Position numbers and translations under genes: made by a program. Source: Epiperipatus broadwayi (lineage: Eukaryota > Animalia > Onychophora). Taken from it: a stretch of DNA of 64,000 bases. The notes under the pieces were generated by a model. The model made no database searches. It saw only the letters and a list, made by a program, of their open reading frames with translations, and had not been told where the DNA came from. Position 1 is the stretch's first letter, and the number at the start of each line of letters is the position of its first letter. This document shows, piece by piece, positions 54,002 through 64,000 of the stretch. The stretch is from positions 18,724,001-18,788,000 of the forward strand of contig JAQFVV010000006.1 of the NCBI GenBank assembly GCA_028023455.1. The letters are read 5' to 3'.

Positions 54002-54645
54002 AAGAATTTTTATCGGTATACTTGTATAAAAGGTGGGATGATTGTGTTAGGAGGATTGTTGAGTGTTATAGTGGTAAGGAATGGGATAAAAGAATAGAAG
54101 TATTAATAAAAAATAGGGAGTTGGAGAGATGGAGAAGTAGTATGGAGGGTAAAAAGAGTTTAAATATATATAGAAGTAAACGGAATATTGGAAGCGAGTT
54201 AATTTATGATAATAGTAAGGAAAGTAGTTTATTGTTTAAGGCTCGAACGGGATCTTTAGCAACAAGAGAATATACATGTAAATGGAAAACTATGGGTGAT
54301 TTAGCGTGCAAATTGTGTAAGGAAGGTATAAAAAATATTAGGCATCTGTTGATTGAATGTAAATGCTTTGTACAGATAATGAAGTTATGGGAGAATAGGT
54401 ATGAACAAAGTGACAATACAGAAAGTGAGTTAGTAGTTTTTATGCTGGGTTTGCGAAAAGATAAGGGGGATTTTGATTTAAAGGCCATAGAGTTGACAAA
54501 GATTATGTTGTGGAAATGGGATGGGGCAGAATATGGGAAGACTTAGAATGGGGAATGGAAAATAAAGTGGCTAACAGGTTTATCTGGGCATAGTTGCTGA
54601 GATATTCTTGACTTCGTTTAAGGAGAAGCCAAATACATCACATCA
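54002..54645 (+). mobile_element. 5'-truncated non-LTR retrotransposon 3' end (C-terminal CCHC zinc domain), relatively young
   Basis: Uninterrupted 174-aa ORF 54022-54546 with DNSKESSLLFKARTGSL...CKLCKEGIKNIRHLLIEC; short 3' UTR ending in a (catca)n tail. Confidence 0.85.
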
Positions 54646-57600
54646 CTATTTCAACAGCTTGGTAAGCATAGGAAATGGTGATCATATGGTGTTTAGTGGT
54701 TTAATACCATTCCTGTTCATGGTATGATGGTGACTATGGTTATTAGAGAAACAAAAACACCAAAATGTATAGATACTGAATTTTTTTTTATATCTGGAAG
54801 ACTATACAAGTGAATGAGTTTGGATTGAAAATATTATTGTGTTTCATTTTGGACTCAGATTTATAGTTAACCAAAAAAGTAAAAGGTAGTTGCTGGAGAA
54901 TTGCATTAGATCATAAGGTCTAAAATGCAGTGTTTCAGGTCCAAGGTGCCTCTCTGATGAAAGTCACAAGCTAGTCTGGAAATATTGGATTGACACTAGA
55001 TAGGGATTTTTCTTGCATCCATTGATTACTATGACTTGCACTACGTGGCACTATTTTATAGTGAGTTTGTCACTGTTTTAACAGTTTGTGTAAGCATAGG
55101 AAATGGCAATCATATGATGTTTAGTGGTTTTCCTACCAAAACTTTTTTATCAGAATTTTAATAGTGGCCTATTCAAAAATTACTCTTGGATTAATTTTTG
55201 ACTAAGACAAATAAACAAAAAATGATATGTTTTGTCTTTTGAAAAAAATTATTGCAGTTATTATGATACTCGAACAGGCATTTGACATCCTTAGTAACAA
55301 TCATGTAATTATTATTATTGAAAGTAGAAAGGGGGTAAGAAATTACTCGTTCATGATGACTTTCTGAATAACAGATAATACAATTATTATTTTTATTGCA
55401 GTCATTAATTGTTGCTTTGGCTTACACATTAAAATACACTCAATTTTACTAAAGATGAGCTAAAGCAGAAGGTATTATTGATTATAAAGGGAAAATAATG
55501 TAAGAAATTTCTAGATTTTATCTTCTCTCTCTCTCTCTCTCTTTTTTTTTTTTTTTGAAACTATAAATGAAGATACTAAATAAATTATTTAAAATGTTCT
55601 TCAATTTACTCACTTTGTAAGCACACAATCAATCAAATATTAATATTGACCAGTGAATGAGTGTCAAGATAATTATTAATCAGAGGAAAATTCCCAGACT
55701 AATTTGAATTGGTTAGGTGGGTGTCAATGCACTCATGACTGAAGTTAAAATAAAGTTCCCAATATGGTGCAATTTCCACTACTTACTAGCTATTGAATGC
55801 ACTGTTTATCTTTAAATTTTATTTATGGATGTGTTTAAATATGTTTTTCTTTTACATATCGATGCTATAGTTATTGTGAACTTTGTTTTTATCCCTACTT
55901 TTATTTGAATACATGGGTTCACATCTGCTATCCAATGATTGTTTTTCATATTATGCTGAAATGTGTAATGAAATTCATTCTATATTCTCTAGAAATCTTT
56001 ATAAAGAAATTTTGTACTTTTGTTTTTTATCTTTTTATTTTGCTTTACTTATTATATCATGTGATTTCACTGATCACTCTAAAGTTTACAATAGATAATT
56101 TTAGAATAGGAAGAAAAGGCTGCTCTTGGAAAGAATGAATAAGCATATAAGAAAGGCATATAACATTGTTATTGGTATTTATATTGTTTTTGTTTGTATT
56201 TTATTATAATTTACACTTACTTCTGTATCAAGTGATATTAATAGAGGATGATTCATCAAACATGGATTGTAAATAGATTTATAAAATTAATTTTTTTTTT
56301 TGAAAGGTAAAAATAAAAAATGAATCAAATACTTATCAAAAATGTCTTAAAACTGATCAATTTGTAGTTATCTAAATCAGATTCAGTTACTGTGTATGTA
56401 GGTATGTATATTTCATTAGTCATTGAAAGTAAATTATTTTCCAGGATAAAAAGTAAATCTTCAAACTTTGATATTTACATTAGTGTCTTTATCTAATTGG
56501 ATTTTGTTAATTACATATCAGAATTTTTTTCACATTGTGAAATGAAAAGTAATTCTATTGTCAGTTGCTGAGGAATTGCATGATGGTTGAGAACTAAAAT
56601 GGTTAGCCACAATAGTACTTTTCAACTAACCCAATTGGAATGATTGTTTTGAGGGTCTCTTTCTATAATTGTTAGCTCTTTAGTTTGTCATTTTTTCCAA
56701 TATGCTAATTCATGCTGGATGTATTATAGATTAAGCTATTCAAATGATTAGTATTTTATCTGAATTCATACTTTTTATTGAAATTTCATCATGATAGTTA
56801 TTAAAACCAATCCTTAATCCTCTCTACGTAATTCACTTTAAATATTCAAATTAATAGATTTCCAGTTATAATGAAGTGCATAATAACTCAAGTTTTGTTA
56901 GGATAGAAAATCTATTATTGAATTGCAAGTATACAGTACTTTTCAAGACACAAACACATATATAATGCTTTTTTATATGTATAAGGAAAATTGTAAATAA
57001 TAATAATAATATAGTTATTAATAATGAATCGAGGGAACAAATTTATATGTTTTATGCAGTGTGGCTTCAATCATGCATTTGCTGAAGCAATAAGAAAAAA
57101 AAACTAACTATTGCATTTTTATTTTTAAAATAAAGTCAATAGTGAAATATCTTTCATCACCCTGGGTCATTGACTTTTTTCTCACATAAAAACATAGATT
57201 AGTCTCTGTATCAAGAAATTATGATTTCTTTCATTACTTTAATGTTTTTAAACCAGTGTTAACTTTAAGTATGTTCTAAATTTTTGTATAATTTTAATGA
57301 TTACTGTTAAAACATATCTTATTATGCACATGAAATTCAGAAAAGATAATAAAGGAAGAATAAAATATCTGCACTTTTAACTTAAGAAATGTTATTACTA
57401 TGTCTAATCATATATAGCACCCCAAGATGAAAATGTCTAATGGCATCTAGTAAGATTGATTTACAATTATTATTTTTTGAATGGGTTATGTATGGCACTC
57501 AGAGACAGCAAAATAGCTGCTGAATATTGTAAAGTTTATCCATTTTAATGCATATTTTGTTTGTTTATTTATACATTTTTATTTGGATATAATAGAAGTG

Positions 57601-60600
57601 ATGTAGTTAGATACAGCATAGTTCATGGCTCCTCTGTATTTCTCTCTTCCAGAAATAGACATATTTACTAATTAAACAATTAAAATTTAATACATAACTC
57701 TTCATTATTTGTAAACAGGTGTAAAATAGAAGTACATCCCAGAGAGCTTTTGGAATCAAGATTTTGTTATCGTTTTCAATAGAAATTTAGAAATAATAGA
57801 ATTTTTTTTTCAATGTGTTACCATTTGAAACCAATATTTTAAGTGGTCAAATTTATTAGCAACTTTAATATTATGAATGCTAACTGACTATTCTTTATTT
57901 TTTTTTTTAAAAAAAAAAAGCACAATATAAAGCAATCTCATATTGCCTAAAACATTTTTTCAAACAGTTTACTGCAAATAGTATAAATGAATTCAGACCA
58001 GGTTCTGCGCATTGTTTCTACATAACAATGTATGTATGAGAATTTTTTTTAATTATATAAGAAAAATATTTGTGTATTTGTTTCAATTACAAACAATATA
58101 TTCTATTTATTTTGAACAGTTTTTACAATTTATTTTTTCTGATTGTACTTATCATTTTACAATGCTATATTAATATACTAATAATAAAATTATGAACAGC
58201 AGTTTATTTTTGCAGTTCTTTCATTTATGGAATAATTTTGTTTTTCTTGAAACTGCTGGATTCTGTACTTTTGAAAAACAATTTGTTTTGATTATATTTA
58301 TGAAATAGTATATTTACTTACATTGCTGACTGCAGCAAAGAACTCTTTACTATTCCTCTGCATTCTTTCCCAGGCTTGCATTCATATTTTACTCTAGTTA
58401 AGAATTGTTAGGATACCAATATATTGTACTGATCAGCAAAGAAAAATCATAAGCTGTTCATTGCGTGATTTTTTTTTCAGTTTTTATCTAGCTTTGATTC
58501 GAATGCTATGCTATAATCATGGATAACAGGTACACTGACATACTACAAGATCTCTCCAGTAATAAATATTGAAAAAGGAAAAAAATGCATATATGAATGT
58601 AGCTGATGTTAATTCAGTCTATTAGAATAATAAACATCTATTTTGTAAGATTTGTTATATAAAATAATATCGATTAAAATAATGATGTAACATTGTAATG
58701 CATTAATTACAAAGAAATTAAATCTTAGGGCTCAAAATCACCTTGACCTTTAGGATTTTTTTTTTTTTAATTTAAGGAAATATAGTACATGGAAAATTTC
58801 AAACACTTTTGCATTCGGGCTAAAAAAAAAAAAAAACTATTATTATTATTATTATAGAAACCTGTTTCCAAAGCAATTATTTTCATTTTATTTATTCATA
58901 TTTTTTAAAAAAATAATAATAATGCACAATCAATTTCTAATATCATTAAGTTGTTCAGAAAATCTTATAACATAATGCCATTTTAATTCGAAAATTCAAT
59001 TTAAAAACAATTCCAATATATATCTAAAAAGCTATAAATTAAAAAGAATAATGAATTGTTATAATAGTCTGTTTATAAAATATTTTATTATACAATCAGC
59101 ATGTATTAGTAGATAACAATAAGAGCCCAGTTGACTGCATTTACTATACAAGGGTTGATTTATCAGGCTACCATAATGATACATGCTACCTTTAGGCAAA
59201 TGCTATTTTGCCCCCCTCCACCCTCAAAATGAAATAATATTTTTAAAAAGCATCACTTGTTTTATAATAATTCTTTATTTCAATATAATAATGATATAAA
59301 TACATATTTTTATGAAATTTTAAATAAAAGTTTATATCATTTATACTGAATACTCTTGCATTGAAGTTTACCAAAGGAGGTATGATTGACGTAACTTGTT
59401 ATGGATGGTACATCTCTACATTTCAATGCCTTAATTAAAAGAGAAGAATTATAAACATGAATAAATACGGACTTATGTTTTGTAAATATATTATGTTGCT
59501 ATGAAACTGAAGTTAGTAAAAGAAATAAAATATACCATATATATATTTTAATTTTTGATATTTGCGGCTTTTCATAACTTGCTAACTGTAGACAATGTTT
59601 AGGTTGCCTAATGCATTTATGATAGTCTGAAGGTTAGTAATCTTTGAATAAACAGTTGGTAGTCCTTGATCCATATATCAAACTAATTTCCAGCTATTAG
59701 CTATCTTCGGTGAGTAGCAAGATTTGCACTCATGTATCAAACAGCCTCATTTATTTCTTATCTACTATTCAACTTTACAAGGAAATTTGCTTTGATTCAC
59801 ATTGAATAGAGTAAAAGATATAAATGTTTTTTGCTTGATGTATAAATGCAAATGCCATGCTTTCCCGAACAGAGCCAATAGAGAGAAATTAGTAAGTTTA
59901 TGGATGTAGCGTTACTATCATATAACCATTGATTACATAGAGATAGCTTGTAGAATGAATTATTTCTCTTAGCTTTAATGTTGAAATTAAGCAGAAAGTA
60001 ATGATGCTTTGTTTAATATAAGTTAGTGTTAATCAATGCTGAATTGAAGATGCGGTTAAGAATGTAATGATACGATGTCAAAGAAATATGTTAGCATTAT
60101 TTTTTCTTCAAAGGAAGTGTAATCATTCAGGTAGATGATCAATTTTGGATTACTGCCAGTTTGTGGTATACATATATATGTATGGTATATTGCTCAGAAA
60201 GATACGAAGTTTGAATACCAAAGGGCAGGTATGGTTATGTTTACAATGTTATAATTATAGGATGGGGCTAAGATACAATATCTTTTTATTTTTGGCATTC
60301 TTACAATCAGCATGTCAAGTCTAGTAATGTAACGCATTGGCTGATAAAACTGAGTTTATAACAGCAGATATAGCAAAGATACAGATTGCAGTGGAATTTG
60401 CAAATGGTAATGATTAATTCTGACAAGATTAGTTAAGAAAATGAAGCCATGCTACTTCCAAGTATTTGATTCAAGCATAGTTAGAGTGTTAATAGCTGGA
60501 GTACAACAATAAATGTTTTTTTTAAAAAAATACTATCATATTATACTTATACTATTTCTCATGCATACATATACAAGCCACTCGTAAATGAGTGCAGCCA

Positions 60601-60779
60601 TTCCATTTCCACTGAAAGAAAAGGAAGAAGAAAATACTGCTCAAGAAATGAATTATGTGATAACTATAGAGACCAATCTGTGATGCGTAAGTACATTTAC
60701 GTATAGAACATGCTAATCCATTTTTCTGTTTGATATTTTGCAATGTTATCTTTTAATTTCTCCAGTGGAAAACTTACTT

Positions 60780-61170
60780 TCTAAAATACTTCAACACCAT
60801 AACTAATTGTAGCTCTCCAATATATTCTATTTTCTACTGTATCTTCCCAATAGAAATATCATTATTGCATTTTTTAGAATATCTGAGATAATCCATATAG
60901 CATAAATGAGATTCGCTTTTCCCATGAAAACCAGCCTAAGTTCACCACAAAACATTCCTATAGGAAGTCTTGCATTGATTATTTTTTTGCATGTCCAATC
61001 CAATGAAAATGTGATTTATAATAGTGGACTTTATGGTATCACATCCAACAAATTGAAGAACATATTTAATGACTTTATGATCTTGCCATTGTATTTTTAA
61101 AATTGTACAGAGCATTTTTAAAGGAAACTTTCTAATGCTTTTATGTTCCATTGATAGGATATTCAAGACT
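60780..61170 (-). mobile_element. RTE (BovB-like) LINE C-terminal remnant
   Basis: IRKFPLKMLCTILKIQWQDHK...TIKSTIINH (cf. RFHQRCLRSILKIKWQDH). Confidence 0.65.
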
Positions 61171-61949
61171 CTCGTACAATAAATTAAATAACATCTCTAC
61201 TGCACTAATTACTTTCCTGTGTTAAAATATATTTTTCAATTTGTTAAAAACAGCAGCAGCACATCGAAGTCTATGTCGTCATTTAAATTGATTTACGTTC
61301 TCAAAACCATCCAATCTCAATATTGCTAGGAATTTTCTTCCGTCACTGGATGCATTTTAAACATTATTTCTTTATTTAGAAGCACATCTATTATTACTAG
61401 CTAAATATCAATCAATGTTTAAATTAAAATGAACACTTAATACATAAAATAAAATTTAATAAATCAGAGTTTATTAACTGTATTTAAACATATAAGTTTA
61501 AGTCTTCATCTATACAATTATACATCTTCTCATTGAAAATATTCTTAATTTCAGTGGCTTAATTTTACTATTTTATTGTCATCCTTTTCAACATTTTATG
61601 CATACTCAAAACTGCTGCTCTTTCTCTGGCCATTTTTAGTAATTTTTTATATGCACCAGCATAATTTCTATATTTGCATAATTAGCATATATTTATATAC
61701 TCTCCATATCTGCATACATTAATTTACTAGTGTTTAATAATGAGAATGTTAATCAATTTTCTCGTATTTGTTACATACAACATATTAATTTTATTTGATA
61801 TCACTTTTTATATACATGTATACACATTTTTAGTTGGCATTACCCTCTTCCCCTTTCTCTTTAGAAAATCACTCACTTGTTTTATTACATGTTCTAAATA
61901 TTTCTGGACTTCTCAGATCTCTTGCCTCTCTAGGCAGTAACCAGTCGCT

Positions 61950-64000
61950 GTTCCTCCATTGTTCTTTCTCTATCTTCTTCAATTAGTCTTGTACTAGGTA
62001 ATTTGATCACAAATATTTGTGACAAACTGTCTATGCAGTTAATCTCATTAATACACTCAACATCATCATTTCTAAACCCTAAACCTCATGTCAAATTTCC
62101 AATAATGTGCCATCATAATTATTTTCAGAAGATATCTGACTTCAGCTGCTGTTGAACATATGCTTCCATTTCGTTGCTCAAGTGGCTTTCTTGTGTGGCT
62201 TCTTAGTTGGTTAATGGGTCTTCAGACTTCATTTCCATCAATCAATTGTATCACTCATAGTTGTTTTGACAATAATTTCAAAATTTTTGTTAGTCACTGT
62301 ATTTTCCGTATGTCATGTATCCATTTGTTTGTTCAACATTATATTTTGTATTTTCTAAATAATTTTCCCTTTTTTCAATCTTACTGGGACCAGTATTAAT
62401 ATGTGAGTTCTGAATATCTGCCTCATTAGCATTTCAACAAACATCTTTTTAGTTGCTATTCTTGGCATAAGATGTTGATAAAACATGGCAACTCTTAAAG
62501 CTTAGTAATATCCTTAAATTGGCTTTTATTATTTAACATTAGTTTTACTTGTTGCACTATCTTCTCAGCTAATCCTTTAATCTCAGGATAATGTGATGGT
62601 GTTAAAATATGAATAATCTTTTTACTAGCTAAAAAGTCTTTTAATACTGGTGACACAAAGCCAGCTCCATTGTCTGAAACACTTTTGTGGACACCTGTAA
62701 CATGTTCTGTGCAGTCATATTTTTAAATACTCTATATTTCATCATCATTCAATAAGAGTCCATAATTACCAAAAAAATATTTCCATTGAAAGGTCCACCA
62801 TTGTCTACATGTATTTTTTGTCATGGCCTGGGCTATATTTCCAATTCCTTAGGAGGTAGCCTAGCAGTGGATTGACAAGCTCTTTCATGCTTGTCTACTT
62901 ATTTGGTATTGCAGTTCATACTAGTACACTTATGATCTATCTAGTTTTTTTGTTCTGACATTGCCAGGATGTCCTCCATAAAATACTTCCAGTGCTCACT
63001 TCCTCCCTTCAGTAGGAATTAATACATGGTCTATTATCAGAATGCATCCATTACACGTGGTCTCTCAGAAACTTTTCAGATTGGGTTGAACCACATAGCT
63101 TGGCCTACTTTGAGGGCATAACTTCTTTAATTCATTTTTTAACCAGGATCTTCTTTTGTCCATTTGGATACTACAACTCTCACTTTTCTGGATTCAGGTA
63201 TTTATCTTTGTTGGTAATTGCATGACCCAAAAATGTATTTTTCATAGTGGACCATAGACACTATCACGGTGTTTAGCTGTGTATCAAATCTCTCAAGTCT
63301 TTCACATACTTTGTTTACACATATTTTTTATTCACTTTCCATATCAGTGGTTATCTAAATGTCATCAAGGTAAGGAATGACTCCTTCCATCTCTGTAACA
63401 AACCATCCATTTTAGTATGAAACACATTTAAGGCAATAGTTAATCCATTTGGCAATTTATTACACCTGTGTAATCTCACATAAGTATTAATTGTTCAAGA
63501 GTTTGGCTGTTCTTGTTGTTTTGGAATCTGTTTAAATGCAGACTGTAAATTGATCTTAGCAAAATACAATATTTTTTGTAATGATTTTAAGCCGTCTTGA
63601 ATATTGGATACAGACTATTCATTCAGGATTACTCAGCTATTTGATAATTGCTATGTAAATGAACCCCTAACCACTTTTAATATTATGATGATGAGTATTG
63701 CAATGTAGATTCCTTAATAGGTGTTACAACACCAGTCTTTATTTTTAAGCATTTCTTTATTTGGTTTTTCAAAATGAAGGGGACTTTTCAGTATCTACAA
63801 ACCACAGGCTGAGCAATTGTCATTAATTCTATGTCAAGCAACAGCAGATACTTTTCATGGAATTATAATTTTAGCTATACTATTTTATTATTTTTATTTA
63901 ATCCCTAATGAATTAAACCAATTCCTGCCTTGAATTGGTCTTAAATCTCTTTTCACAATATTATACAAAGGTTGATTTTTCAATCTCCTATTTACTCTCA
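61950..64000 (-). mobile_element. Gypsy pol remnant (RT, RNase H, integrase)
   Basis: VIPYLDDI (~63355-63380); GPFNGKYF and VSDNGAGFVSPVLKDFLASKKIIHI..GLAEKIVQQVK (integrase core, ~62500-62800). Many stops. Confidence 0.85.

Larger units (their letters stand above)
53067..55130. mobile_element. Hammerhead repeat array F/G: ~2 antisense monomers then >1 sense monomer, interrupted by a LINE
   Basis: Ribozymes at 53177-53218 (-), 53545-53586 (-) and, degenerate, ~54950-54985 (+). taagcataggaaatgg recurs at 54663 and 55091 (period 428). Sequence either side of the LINE is contiguous (gtttgtca | ctatttcaacag). Confidence 0.82.

Noticed and set aside
4412-62399. Most short ORFs in the supplied track as genes
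   Set aside because: They are low-complexity F/I/L/K-rich products of AT-rich DNA or off-frame/antisense reads of decayed TEs. The real myosin exons are not in the track.
36022-64000. Next myosin-18 exon (expected to encode something like YKxKYERxxRE)
   Set aside because: Acceptor candidates checked (~41103, ~57719) hit immediate stops; none was found by eye, so it probably lies beyond the window.

Overview
AT-rich eukaryotic genomic DNA, probably from an arthropod (taxon is inference). The window is almost all intronic. It carries two coiled-coil exons of a + strand myosin-XVIII gene (12995-13114 and 35907-36021), separated by a ~22.8 kb intron. I recognised no other exon of this gene in the window. 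The introns hold decayed RTE-type LINEs, two Penelope-like element (PLE) remnants, Gypsy gag and pol remnants, SINE-like pieces, a hairpin MITE and a Buster-type hAT. Two things stand out. (1) A dispersed ~430-460 nt repeat family with at least 6 insertions plus a fragment. It carries a minimal type I hammerhead ribozyme (CUGAYGA-stem II-GAAACUAGUC, palindromic helix III) and occurs as circularly permuted, tandem and inverted arrays with 11-13 bp target-site duplications. Inversion junctions cluster at the ribozyme, so it looks like a PLE-mobilised retrozyme-like family. One copy with an intact core lies sense in the myosin pre-mRNA. (2) An 8.6 kb giant palindrome (41256-49830) with ~3.5 kb arms and originally only a 3-nt apex, later interrupted by the hAT insertion. 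Several CpG-retaining islands with splice and promoter signals hint at nested or alternative transcription units (low confidence). All alignments and translations were done by eye; no database searches were run.
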